From Fidelibacterota bacterium (lineage in GTDB: Bacteria > Fidelibacterota > Marinisomatia > Marinisomatales > TCS55), in contig JBHHTW010000003.1 of the NCBI GenBank assembly GCA_046861385.1, positions 1 through 64,000 on the forward strand: 64,000 bases of DNA, read 5' to 3'. The position numbers and the translations under genes were made by a program. Below, in pieces: positions 49,219 to 59,256 of the stretch (its first letter is position 1; every line of letters begins with the position of its first letter). Under the pieces are notes generated by a model, which saw only the letters and a program-made list of their open reading frames with translations, made no database searches and was not told the origin of the DNA.

Positions 49219-50922
49219 ATGAGTTTAGAAAACGGTAACAACAACGAACAAGAGTTTGGACTTTCTCATGAAGAATTATTACATATTCTTGAAACAGCAC
49301 CCAGTGGAATTAAGTCCTATATATCTCACTTAGAACAGCAAATAAAGAATTTTTCTGATATTGGACTTTCATTATCCAAAGAGAAGGATATGAACGTTCT
49401 CTTGGAAAAAATCTTATTGGAAGCTCGACGCATTACCATTGCAGACGGCGGTACACTTTATATGATGACGAATAATAAACAATTACGATTTGAAATAATG
49501 ATGACTGATTCACTGAATTTTCACATGGGTGGCACATCCGGGAAAGACATCCCATTTTATCCCATTAAATTGTATAATGATGATGGAGAACCAAATGAAA
49601 CAATGATCGCTGCTTATGTGGCATTAACCGGTAAAACTGTAAATCTTCCGGATGCTTACGAAGCAAAAGGATTCGATTTTTCCGGAATGAAAGCATTTGA
49701 TCAAAAAACGGGTTATAGATCCAAATCTTTTCTCACCGTGCCTTTAAAAAACCATGAAGATGAAATTATCGGTGTTCTTCAATTATTGAATGCCCAGGAA
49801 AAGAAGACCGGAGAAGTGATTCCATTCTTACCGGATGTTCAAGAACTGGTTGAATCTCTTGCCAGTCAAGCGGCAGTGGCTATTACCAATAAAAATCTTA
49901 TCAAAGATTTAGAGATATTATTTGAATCCTTTATCAAATTGATCGCATCTGCGATTGATGCGAAATCACCCTACACCGGAGGTCATTGTTCCCGAGTCCC
50001 TGAAATTACGATGATGATAGCCGAAGCAGTGAATGATTCGCAAAATGAACATTTCAAAAATATCCATTTTAATGAGAAAGAACTATACGAATTGAAAATA
50101 GCTGCGTGGCTTCATGATTGCGGCAAGGTAGCGACGCCCGAGTACGTTGTAGATAAAGCAACAAAACTAGAAACAATTTATGATCGTATCCATACGGTAG
50201 AAACCAGGTTTGAAGTGTTGAAAAGAGATTACGAAATACAATTTTTAAAACAGCAGCTTAAACTTGAAAAGGATGAATCACTTTCTAAACAAGAAATAAA
50301 AAATGCCCTAAATAAAATTAAAGACAAGTACAAAAAACAATTAGTACAGCTGAATGAAGAAAGAACTTTCGTTAAAGAAATTAATATCGGAGGTGAATTC
50401 ATGTCGAAAGATAAAAAGGAACGTGTGAATAAAATAGCCGGATACCAGTGGATTGATAATGGTAAAAAGAAAAATTTCCTTTCAGAGGATGAAGTAAAAA
50501 ACCTTTGTATTGCAAAAGGGACGTTAACAGCAGAAGAGCGAAAAATTATTAATGACCACATTGTGCATACAATTGATATGCTAAAACAGCTTCCCTATCC
50601 AAAGCATCTGAAAAATGTTCCGGAATTTGCAGGTGGTCACCATGAAAAACTGGACGGTACAGGGTATCCACTGGGCTTGACGAATGATGAAATGTCCATC
50701 CAGGCAAAAGCAATGGCAATTGCTGATGTATTTGAAGCCCTAACTGCAAAAGACCGACCGTATAAAGACGGAAAAACTCTTTCAATGGCCATGCGCATTA
50801 TGGGTTTTATGAAAAATGATGCTCATGTGGATCCTCATCTGTTTGATTTATTTGTCCAAGAGAAGATCTATTTGAAATACGCCGAAAAGTATTTGTCAAA
50901 AGATCAATTGGATATGGATTAA
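49219..50922 (+). CDS. GAF + HD-GYP cyclic dinucleotide phosphodiesterase
   Basis: GAF (SFLTVPL..IIGVLQLLN); LHDCGK, HHEKLDGTGYP, ADVFEALTA.DRPYK. Confidence 0.92.
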   Translation: MSLENGNNNEQEFGLSHEELLHILETAPSGIKSYISHLEQQIKNFSDIGLSLSKEKDMNVLLEKILLEARRITIADGGTLYMMTNNKQLRFEIMMTDSLNFHMGGTSGKDIPFYPIKLYNDDGEPNETMIAAYVALTGKTVNLPDAYEAKGFDFSGMKAFDQKTGYRSKSFLTVPLKNHEDEIIGVLQLLNAQEKKTGEVIPFLPDVQELVESLASQAAVAITNKNLIKDLEILFESFIKLIASAIDAKSPYTGGHCSRVPEITMMIAEAVNDSQNEHFKNIHFNEKELYELKIAAWLHDCGKVATPEYVVDKATKLETIYDRIHTVETRFEVLKRDYEIQFLKQQLKLEKDESLSKQEIKNALNKIKDKYKKQLVQLNEERTFVKEINIGGEFMSKDKKERVNKIAGYQWIDNGKKKNFLSEDEVKNLCIAKGTLTAEERKIINDHIVHTIDMLKQLPYPKHLKNVPEFAGGHHEKLDGTGYPLGLTNDEMSIQAKAMAIADVFEALTAKDRPYKDGKTLSMAMRIMGFMKNDAHVDPHLFDLFVQEKIYLKYAEKYLSKDQLDMD

Positions 50923-50942
50923 TACCTTCATTCATTAATATT

Positions 50943-52745
50943 ATGACCGCCGATATCGCCATTGTTTTGGGTTTGATCGCCCTAATGCTTATCTTATTTA
51001 TTAAGGAAACATTCCCCTTGGATGTGACTGCGTTAGCCATTTTATCTATATTTATGGTGACGGGTTTTTTGACGGTTGACGAAGCCATTAGCGGTTTTTC
51101 AAATCAAGCAGTCCTGACCATTGCGACCTTATTTGTTTTGAGTCACGCACTACAAAAATCCGGTATTTTAGAATACGGAATTGTTCGATTAAATAAATTA
51201 ACTGAAACATCAAAATTATTGGGTTTAGCGGTATTTTTAATTTCGGTTGCGTTTGCATCGGCATTTGTGAATAATACTGCGATTGTTGCAATGTTCATTC
51301 CCTTAACGATTCGTATTGCAAAAAAATACAATTTAAGTCCATCGAAATTATTGCTGCCGTTAAGCTATGTTGCCATTATTGGCGGAACACTCACTTTAGT
51401 TGGCACCTCCACGAATCTTCTTGTTAATTCTATTTTTACTGAGTCAACAGGATTTGAAGCATTGGGTATGTTTGAATTTTCAAAATATGGAATATTCATA
51501 TTATTGGTTGGACTTGTATATATGATTTTTGCGGTACCCCTTATCATGCCATCAAGAACAGTTACGACCAGTTTGACCCAAAGCTATCACATGGGTGGCT
51601 ATCTTACAGAATTAAAAGTGTCTGAAGATTCACCACTTGTTGAAAGAACCTGCATGGAAAGAGCCATCAATAAGAATTTTGATATAACCGTTTTGGATAT
51701 AATTCGGGAAGGAAAAGTCATTAGCAGTAATATTCGAAATACCATAATTCATCCTGGTGATGTGCTTTTTGTCAGAGGATCCATTGAAAATTTTCTCCGG
51801 ATGAAAGAGGTGGAAAAAGTCACCATGCTAACTGATGAAAAATTAACTCAGGAAGAATTAGAGAGTGACGAAAATTTATTGGTAGAATGTTTATTAACCC
51901 AGCAGTCTGATTTGGTGGGTAAAAGTTTAATGGAAATAAATTTTCGCAGGAGGTTTGGAAGTTTTGTACTGGCAGTCCGACGGGAAGGTTCCATTTTGCG
52001 GAGAAAGATTGCCCATGTTATTTTAAACTCCTTTGATACATTGTTGATGTATGGTTCCAGGGAAAAAATTCAGGAATTGACAGATTCCGGTCATTTCATT
52101 GTCTTGGGAGAAATTGAAGCTTCCCTAAAAAAACATCGTTTCTGGTGGGTGAGCCTGACGGTAATTTTAGCAGCAGTTATCTTGGCAGCACTTGGCATAA
52201 TACCCATTCTGACAGGAGCATTAATCGGTATGATTTTGCTTTTGACTTTAAGAGTCATCACCACCAATGAGGCATATAACTCCATAAATTGGCAAGTGAT
52301 CATATTAATTGCAGCGTTGATTCCTATTGGCATTGTAATTCAAGAAAGCGGAGCCGCAAAACTCATTGCATCTATGTTGAGCAATCTGACCAATATGGTG
52401 TCTGTTGAAAATCGCCCTTTCGTGATGCTGTCATTAATTTATTTAGTCACAATCATCTTAACTGAATTGGCTTCCAATGCTGCGACAGCGATAATCATGA
52501 CACCAATCGCAATTTCTGCAGCGATTCAATTAGGATTGGACCCTCGTCCATTTATTTTCTCAGTTTGTTTTGCCGCTTCTGCCTCCTTTATTACACCCAT
52601 TGGATATCAGACTAATTTGATGGTTTATGGTCCAGGCGGATATAAATTTTCTGATTACGTAAAAGTTGGTTTACCATTGGCGATCACATTCTGGCTGATG
52701 GGAACATTCCTTATTCCGGTTTTTTGGCCCTTTACAAATATTTAG
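50943..52745 (+). CDS. SLC13/CitMHS permease with TrkA-C domains
   Basis: SAFVNNTA, GTLTLVGTSTNL, SNAATA, TPIGYQTNLMVYGPGGY. Confidence 0.9.
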   Translation: MTADIAIVLGLIALMLILFIKETFPLDVTALAILSIFMVTGFLTVDEAISGFSNQAVLTIATLFVLSHALQKSGILEYGIVRLNKLTETSKLLGLAVFLISVAFASAFVNNTAIVAMFIPLTIRIAKKYNLSPSKLLLPLSYVAIIGGTLTLVGTSTNLLVNSIFTESTGFEALGMFEFSKYGIFILLVGLVYMIFAVPLIMPSRTVTTSLTQSYHMGGYLTELKVSEDSPLVERTCMERAINKNFDITVLDIIREGKVISSNIRNTIIHPGDVLFVRGSIENFLRMKEVEKVTMLTDEKLTQEELESDENLLVECLLTQQSDLVGKSLMEINFRRRFGSFVLAVRREGSILRRKIAHVILNSFDTLLMYGSREKIQELTDSGHFIVLGEIEASLKKHRFWWVSLTVILAAVILAALGIIPILTGALIGMILLLTLRVITTNEAYNSINWQVIILIAALIPIGIVIQESGAAKLIASMLSNLTNMVSVENRPFVMLSLIYLVTIILTELASNAATAIIMTPIAISAAIQLGLDPRPFIFSVCFAASASFITPIGYQTNLMVYGPGGYKFSDYVKVGLPLAITFWLMGTFLIPVFWPFTNI

Positions 52746-52752
52746 GATAGAA

Positions 52753-54177
52753 ATGACGATTGAAGAAAAACAAGAATCAAGGTTAAACGATTATTTAGAT
52801 AATCCCGATAGCGCCCTTTGGAAACTGGCTCTTCCTGTCATGGCAGGGATGGGAATCCAAACATTGTATACGATTGTGGATATGATATTCATCGGACGGA
52901 TCAGTGGGCTGGCGATCGCGGCTGTAGCTTTCAATATGCCCTTATTCTTTTTTGTCCTCGGATTAACGATGGGACTGGGATCAGGAGTGACAGCTTCGAT
53001 TGCGAGATTTATTGGCGCCAGGGACAAGAAAAACGCTGATAATGCTGCTGAACACGCTGTCATTATGGGATTGGTCATTTCTTTTGTATTAACCACCATC
53101 GGCCTGATTTGGGGGAAACAAATACTATTGACCATTGGCGCAACAGATGATGTTATTAACATGAGTTGGTCATATTTACGTATCATCTGCTACGGATTGC
53201 CTTTTATGGTGTTTTCTGCGTTTTTCAGATCCATATTAGTGGGAGAGGGGGATACAAAATTCCCCATGACAGTTGCTGCGTTTGGCACGGTGCTGAATAT
53301 AATATTAGATCCCATTTTTATTTTTACACTTAAAATGGGTGTCTCCGGAGCTGCATGGGCCACAGCCATCAGCCAATTCGTTGTTTTTATCATTTTTATT
53401 TATATGCTCTTTGTAAAAGAACATTCCTATATCCGATTTCGAATGAAAGATTTTTCACCATCTGCCTTTATCATAAATGATATTATCAAAGTGGGACTGC
53501 CTGCTTCACTCTCTATGGTAATCATGTCCATTGGGCAATTGGTATTCAATAGAATACTCGTCTTTTTTTCAACGGATGTTGTGGCTGCATATCAGGTTGC
53601 GGGTCGGATAGACATGCTAATCTTTTTACCTATTATGTCCATTTCGTATGCTTTAACAACATTGGTAGGAATGTTTTTTGGGGCCAAACGTATGGGTAGA
53701 TTGAAACATATTATTTATTATGGATTGAGCCGGTCATTTATGATTGCAGTAGTAACATCAACGCTTGTTTACTTTTTGGCGCCAACACTTATCAAGTCTT
53801 TTACTCACGTTGAGCCTATTCAGGAAGTGGCAATAACCTATCTCAGGCTCATGGCCATGGTCTATCCTGCCATTGCCATTGCCATGCCATGTGGAAGAAT
53901 TTTGCAGGGTTTTGGATTGGGTTTGCCTACGTTGATTATCACAATGATTAGAGTACTCATCGTGGCAACTCCACTTTCATTATTCTTTGTTTTCATTCAA
54001 AATAAACCGGTTGAATGGGTTTGGTACTCTATGATGATATCAGCAGCGGTATCCTTTGTTGTTGCTCTTGGTTGGGTCATGTGGGCGATTAAAAAATATT
54101 CGGTTTTCCCATCAGAGTTGGAACAGGAAAAGATTCAACTTGAAGCGAATCAGCAAAGCAATGAGATTCCTTACTAG
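52753..54177 (+). CDS. MATE family efflux transporter
   Basis: LALPVM..YTIVD, GDTKFPM, NIILDPIFIF..GVSGAAWAT. Confidence 0.92.
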   Translation: MTIEEKQESRLNDYLDNPDSALWKLALPVMAGMGIQTLYTIVDMIFIGRISGLAIAAVAFNMPLFFFVLGLTMGLGSGVTASIARFIGARDKKNADNAAEHAVIMGLVISFVLTTIGLIWGKQILLTIGATDDVINMSWSYLRIICYGLPFMVFSAFFRSILVGEGDTKFPMTVAAFGTVLNIILDPIFIFTLKMGVSGAAWATAISQFVVFIIFIYMLFVKEHSYIRFRMKDFSPSAFIINDIIKVGLPASLSMVIMSIGQLVFNRILVFFSTDVVAAYQVAGRIDMLIFLPIMSISYALTTLVGMFFGAKRMGRLKHIIYYGLSRSFMIAVVTSTLVYFLAPTLIKSFTHVEPIQEVAITYLRLMAMVYPAIAIAMPCGRILQGFGLGLPTLIITMIRVLIVATPLSLFFVFIQNKPVEWVWYSMMISAAVSFVVALGWVMWAIKKYSVFPSELEQEKIQLEANQQSNEIPY

Positions 54178-54359
54178 ATGGACAGATTCTCATGACTCTG
54201 GAGGTGTTAACAAAAAAATTGCTACGGCAATAACAATGGATTCATTGTTTTAGTAAATTTCTTATTTTAAAAGTCTTTTAAGTATAATCAAGCCCTTTTC
54301 TTTTTCTTCAAGAATTTTGTTTAAGTTATATTCCCAGTAATCCTTTTAATATTTTACAC

Positions 54360-55289
54360 ATGACAGATTTGATCACCGGACTCTTGCAAGAATCGATTAG
54401 CGGTATTGCTCTCGGGTGTATTTATGCATTAATCGCCCTTGGTTTTACTCTCATTTATAAAGCAACGGAAGTTGTGAATTTTGCTCAGGGAGAATTGATG
54501 ATGGTGGGGGCTTATGTCAATTTTTTCTTTGTAACCAAACTCATTTCATCTGCCGGAGAACCGTCGCTCTGGATTTTTTTAGTCGCATTGGCGGGCAGTC
54601 TTTTATTCTCCATCATATTCGGATGGTTACTGGATTTGATCATAAACCGGCCTCTGAAAGATGAACCGATATTTTCCATTATAATTGCCACCATCAGTTT
54701 ATCCATCATTCTCCGGGCCGTCGTTGCCATGATTGCAGGGCCCATGAGTTTATTACCAGTCTCTCCCTTTGGAGAGAGCGTAGTAAAAGTGGGAGGGATT
54801 GTTATATCCATCCTGGATATTTTTATTGTAGGAAGCGCTGTGATCCTCGTGGCCCTATTCTATTATTTTTTCAATAAAACACGTTGGGGAATTGCCATGC
54901 AGGCCACTTCGGAAGACCCCATTGCAGCCCAACTGATGGGGATTCCCGTTAATCGGGTACATTCTCTCGTTTGGATATTTTCTGCACTGGTGGCTACTAT
55001 CAGCGGAATTTTACTCGCTCCCCGGTTGTCTCTGTTGGATACATCCATGGGATTTTTAGGACTAAAAGCATTCCCGGCGGCTGTATTGGGCGGGTTTGGA
55101 TCCATCGGCGGCGCCATTGTGGGTGGTATCATCATGGGGGTGATTGAAACAGTCAGCATAGGAACGCTATCGTTTCATTATTCCTGGATAAAAGAAATAA
55201 ATGATATTATTGTTTGGATCGTCCTGATTGCCGTTTTAATGATTAAACCGGATGGTCTTTTCGGTGTGGAAAAAGTAAAGAAGGTATAA
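54360..55289 (+). CDS. LIV-type ABC transporter permease (LivH-like)
   Basis: YALIALGFTLIY..VVNFAQG, AFPAAVLGGFGS, IKPDGLFG. Confidence 0.92.
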   Translation: MTDLITGLLQESISGIALGCIYALIALGFTLIYKATEVVNFAQGELMMVGAYVNFFFVTKLISSAGEPSLWIFLVALAGSLLFSIIFGWLLDLIINRPLKDEPIFSIIIATISLSIILRAVVAMIAGPMSLLPVSPFGESVVKVGGIVISILDIFIVGSAVILVALFYYFFNKTRWGIAMQATSEDPIAAQLMGIPVNRVHSLVWIFSALVATISGILLAPRLSLLDTSMGFLGLKAFPAAVLGGFGSIGGAIVGGIIMGVIETVSIGTLSFHYSWIKEINDIIVWIVLIAVLMIKPDGLFGVEKVKKV

Positions 55290-56326
55290 TGAAAGGTCGT
55301 TACGAAGAAGAAAACCTTAATTGGATTCCCATATTAATCGGGTTTGTGATTCTTCTTCCATTTTTGCTGAAGTCAATGACTTTCAGCTATAAATATTATT
55401 TATTTATTTTAAATATAGCCGGTATTTATATTATTCTTGCCGTGGGATTGGATTTGCTCAGCGGGTTCACGGGGCTCATTTCTTTGGGGCATGCTGCTTT
55501 TTTAGCTATTGGCGCCTATACATCGGCCATTCTGGTTAATCAGGCAGGGGTACCTTTTATCTTGTCCTTAATCGTTTCTCCGCTGATTGCAGGACTATTC
55601 GGGTTTATTATCGGATTTCCTGCGCTTCGAATTTCAGGAATGTACCTGGGATTAACCACAATGGGTTTTGGCTTTATCGTCAAGCGGCTTATCATTGCAT
55701 TCAGAGAATGGACTCAAGGAGCCGGTGGACTGGAAGTATCTTCACCTGTGATATTTGGTTACACTATTAAATCAGATTGGGATAATTATTATTTAATATT
55801 CACATTTGCCATATTAGCCGTTGTATTAGGAAGAAGAATCAGCAAGTCAAAAATAGGCAGAGCATTTATGGCTATTCGGGATTCAGAGCAGGCGGCAGAA
55901 GCATCCGGAGTTAATTTGGCAAAATACAAAATGTTATCATTTTTTATATCAGGATTATTTGCCGGGTTTGCCGGTGTTTTATTTGCTCATACCAATCACT
56001 TTATTTCTACAGACCATTTTGATATGCTTCTTTCTATATATTTTATTATCATGGTTCTCGTGGGAGGTGCCGGCTCCATTTATGGCGCTGTATTAGGGAC
56101 GTTATTCATTGTGCTGCTGGATTACCTCATTGTCCCCCAGTTAAAAGATTGGGTGCATCTTTATTTAAATACGGATGCGGGAGATATCCAGTCACTCATT
56201 TTCGGTCTTATAATGCTATTGTTTATTATATTCCAACCCTTGGGATTATACGGTATGTGGTTGAAAATGAGAATATACTGGAAAATATTTCCATTTAATC
56301 CACGGAAGAAATTTAAAATATCATAA
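55289..56326 (+). CDS. LIV-type ABC transporter permease (LivM-like)
   Basis: GFTGLISLGHAAF, GRAFMAIRDSE.AAEASG, VGGAGSIYG. Confidence 0.92.
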   Translation: MKGRYEEENLNWIPILIGFVILLPFLLKSMTFSYKYYLFILNIAGIYIILAVGLDLLSGFTGLISLGHAAFLAIGAYTSAILVNQAGVPFILSLIVSPLIAGLFGFIIGFPALRISGMYLGLTTMGFGFIVKRLIIAFREWTQGAGGLEVSSPVIFGYTIKSDWDNYYLIFTFAILAVVLGRRISKSKIGRAFMAIRDSEQAAEASGVNLAKYKMLSFFISGLFAGFAGVLFAHTNHFISTDHFDMLLSIYFIIMVLVGGAGSIYGAVLGTLFIVLLDYLIVPQLKDWVHLYLNTDAGDIQSLIFGLIMLLFIIFQPLGLYGMWLKMRIYWKIFPFNPRKKFKIS

Positions 56327-56342
56327 CAAGAGGAGAATAAAC

Positions 56343-57509
56343 ATGAAAAGAGTAACAGGGTTATTGGTATTCATCGTGCTCATCCTGACCGGATGTAGCA
56401 AACAGGCCAAGGCGCCTGGAGTAACGGATACCGAAATATTGATCGGAAATATACAGGACCTGAGCGGCCCCATGAAAGAATTAGGTGCCGTATTGCCTGC
56501 AGGATCAAACGTTTATTTCCGCTACATTAATGAACAGGGCGGTGTCCATGGCCGGCAGGTGAAAATGATGGTGGAAGATCATCAATATAATCCGCAAAAG
56601 GCCGTAACAGCTGCTAAAAAATTAATTGAAAAAGACCAGGTGTTTTGTCTCTATCAAGTGATCGGAACTTCCCCCTGTGAAGCCATTCGTCCGATTCTGG
56701 TGGAAACGGGCACCCCTCTGATTGCTCCGGCCACCCAGTCTGGTACCATGTCTGACTTATCCCGTCCCGCAGGTGATTTGATCTTTCATACCGATACGGG
56801 CTACGATAAGCAAACCAATATCCTAGTGGATTATATTCTGAAACAGGATGCCAATGCAAAAATCGGTTTAATCTATCAGGACGATGACTATGGACAAAAT
56901 GTATTGAAAGGTGCAGGCGAAGCGGAAACCCGTACGGGTGTGTCTATCCAGAAAGAAGCTTATCAACGGGGAGCAACTGATTTTACGGGCCAGGTCGGCA
57001 ACTTGATAAAAGGCGGAGCCACACATGTGATAATTGCCGGTGTCGTCAAAGAACCGATTATTGTAATGAAAACAGCAGCAGCAATGGGTTATTCACCCCA
57101 ATTCTTTGGCACAAGCCCAACGATGGATCATCGTGTTGCTTTAGCCGCGGGACCAGCAGGTGAAGGTTTTATTGCTTCCAATTTTGCTAGCTTATGGAAT
57201 TCGGATGCAACTGCCGCTGTCAAGTATAGAGAACTTTGTAAAAAATATGAAGTCCCTGAAGCCTATATGGGTATGTATCATTTTTATGGATTTATGACGG
57301 CCATGGTTCTCGTAGAAGGCTTGGAACGGGCAGGAAAAAATCCGACCCGGAAACGTTTGGTAAAAGGAATGGAAACATTCAACAAATGGAAGTCTGGTGC
57401 GTTTCCTCCCATCACCTACACCTCTAAAGATCACGCCGGAACCGAATCCGTGATTCTGGTTCAGGTGAAAAATGGTGTACAAACTGTTATTACGGACTGG
57501 GTTGATTAA
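56343..57509 (+). CDS. LIV-type ABC transporter substrate-binding lipoprotein
   Basis: Lipobox LTGC; PGVTDTEILIG..DLSGP, INEQGGVHGR, YQDDDYG. Confidence 0.9.
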   Translation: MKRVTGLLVFIVLILTGCSKQAKAPGVTDTEILIGNIQDLSGPMKELGAVLPAGSNVYFRYINEQGGVHGRQVKMMVEDHQYNPQKAVTAAKKLIEKDQVFCLYQVIGTSPCEAIRPILVETGTPLIAPATQSGTMSDLSRPAGDLIFHTDTGYDKQTNILVDYILKQDANAKIGLIYQDDDYGQNVLKGAGEAETRTGVSIQKEAYQRGATDFTGQVGNLIKGGATHVIIAGVVKEPIIVMKTAAAMGYSPQFFGTSPTMDHRVALAAGPAGEGFIASNFASLWNSDATAAVKYRELCKKYEVPEAYMGMYHFYGFMTAMVLVEGLERAGKNPTRKRLVKGMETFNKWKSGAFPPITYTSKDHAGTESVILVQVKNGVQTVITDWVD

Positions 57510-57577
57510 TATTACTACGGCATAGGTTAGCGATAGCTTTCGTATGAATCACAGTTACAAATAGACAATTACATTTC

Positions 57578-57673
57578 TGTCATTACGAAAAGTGGAGCGA
57601 CGAAGTGATCTCCTTGGGAATGATGAAAGAAGGAGATTGCTTCGTCGCTCGTTCCTCTCTTCTCGCAATAACA
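57578..57673. repeat. MITE/REP-like palindromic element (second family copy)
   Basis: TGTCATTACGA...TCGCAATAACA ends; 21-bp inner stem GAGCGACGAAGTGATCTCCTT / AAGGAGATTGCTTCGTCGCTC. Confidence 0.75.
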
Positions 57674-57758
57674 TTAATTTATTACGAAAACCATTACCAG
57701 ATTAATAATAAAATGAATAATAAAGCCCTCGATGTTATTATCGAAAGCTTTATTTACT

Positions 57759-58520
57759 ATGACTGAATTAAATATTCAAAATTTACATATGCAATTCTCC
57801 GGAGTAGTGGCTCTGGATGATGTTTCATTTGATGTAAGAGAAGGTGAAATATTTTCATTAATTGGTCCCAATGGATCAGGAAAATCCACACTGTTTAATT
57901 GCATTAACGGTTTCAATCGACCCCAGAAAGGTTCAATCAGTTTTGGTGATATAGATTTGCTGGACAAGCAGCCCCATCAAGTGATTAAAGTGGGAATTTC
58001 CAGAACATTTCAAAACGTCCAAAATATTCCATTTATGACTGTACTAGATAATATCTTATTAGGTGCACATCAGCGTATTGATAATAAATCAACTTTAAAA
58101 CGCTGGGTGAGTAGAACACAACGTTTGAAAGAAGAAGCCATGGGGTTGGAAATATTAGATTTTTTAGGTATTGCCAACTATGAAAAAAAATACATGACAG
58201 GTCAGCCCTATGGAATTCAAAAATTAACGGAAATCGCCCGAGCGTTGGTTGCAAAACCCAATTTAATACTCATGGATGAACCAGCCGCAGGAATGAACGA
58301 CCAGGAAACCTTTGAAATAGCCAAAATCATATCAGAAATCCGCGAGGATTTGGGTATTACGGTGTTGGTAGTGGAACATGATATGAATCTGGTTATGAGT
58401 ATTTCTGATCGTATTTGTGTTTTGGATTCGGGCAAAATTCTGGTCATCGGCAAACCAGAAGAAGTCAAAAACCATCCCGAAGTCATTAAGGCATTCTTAG
58501 GAGATCTCACCGATGCTTAG
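57759..58520 (+). CDS. LIV-type ABC transporter ATPase (LivG-like)
   Basis: GPNGSGKST, RTFQN, MDEPAAG, VEHDM; ATG 57759 preferred. Confidence 0.92.
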   Translation: MTELNIQNLHMQFSGVVALDDVSFDVREGEIFSLIGPNGSGKSTLFNCINGFNRPQKGSISFGDIDLLDKQPHQVIKVGISRTFQNVQNIPFMTVLDNILLGAHQRIDNKSTLKRWVSRTQRLKEEAMGLEILDFLGIANYEKKYMTGQPYGIQKLTEIARALVAKPNLILMDEPAAGMNDQETFEIAKIISEIREDLGITVLVVEHDMNLVMSISDRICVLDSGKILVIGKPEEVKNHPEVIKAFLGDLTDA

Positions 58521-59256
58521 ACTGATCGGGGTAGAAACATATTATGGTAAAGTTAAAGCACTTCATGGTGTATCACTCGAAGTAAAAGAAGGACAACTCG
58601 TCACAATACTCGGTGCGAACGGCGCCGGGAAAACAACGATCCTTAAAGCAATTAGCGGTTTGGTTGAACCTGAATACGGAACCATTCATTTTCAAGAAAT
58701 GCGAATCGATAGAAAAAATCCCGAAGAAATTGTAAAACTGGGAATCAGTCACGTACCGGAATGGAGAAGGATTTTTCCTGAGCTGACCGTAGAAGAAAAT
58801 TTATTGATGGGTGGATTCTTAATTATAGATAAGGATTTACTGTATCATCGAATGGAAGAAGCGTTTCAGCATTTTCCATTATTAGAAAAGCGAAAACACC
58901 AACGTGCAGGAAATATGAGCGGTGGAGAGCAACAAATGCTTGCTATTTCCAGAGCATTGATGATCAAACCAAAACTACTCCTATTAGATGAGCCGTCCCT
59001 GGGACTCTCTCCTTTACTTGTCCGGCAAATTTTTAGTACGATTCAAAAGCTCCATCAATCAGGTGTAACTATTTTGCTTGTAGAGCAAAATGTAAACCAG
59101 GCGCTGAAAATAGCAGACTATGGATACGTTCTCACATCCGGGAAAATATTCTTAAGTGGCACCTACGATGAATTGTACGAGGAGGAAAAAGTAAGAGAAA
59201 TGTACTTGGGTGAAGGGAAATATGTCCGAAGAGCAAAATTGTGGAGCGGACGTTGA
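58513..59256 (+). CDS. LIV-type ABC transporter ATPase (LivF-like)
   Basis: GANGAGKTT, MSGGEQQM, LDEPSLGL, VEQN. Confidence 0.93.
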   Translation: MLRLIGVETYYGKVKALHGVSLEVKEGQLVTILGANGAGKTTILKAISGLVEPEYGTIHFQEMRIDRKNPEEIVKLGISHVPEWRRIFPELTVEENLLMGGFLIIDKDLLYHRMEEAFQHFPLLEKRKHQRAGNMSGGEQQMLAISRALMIKPKLLLLDEPSLGLSPLLVRQIFSTIQKLHQSGVTILLVEQNVNQALKIADYGYVLTSGKIFLSGTYDELYEEEKVREMYLGEGKYVRRAKLWSGR

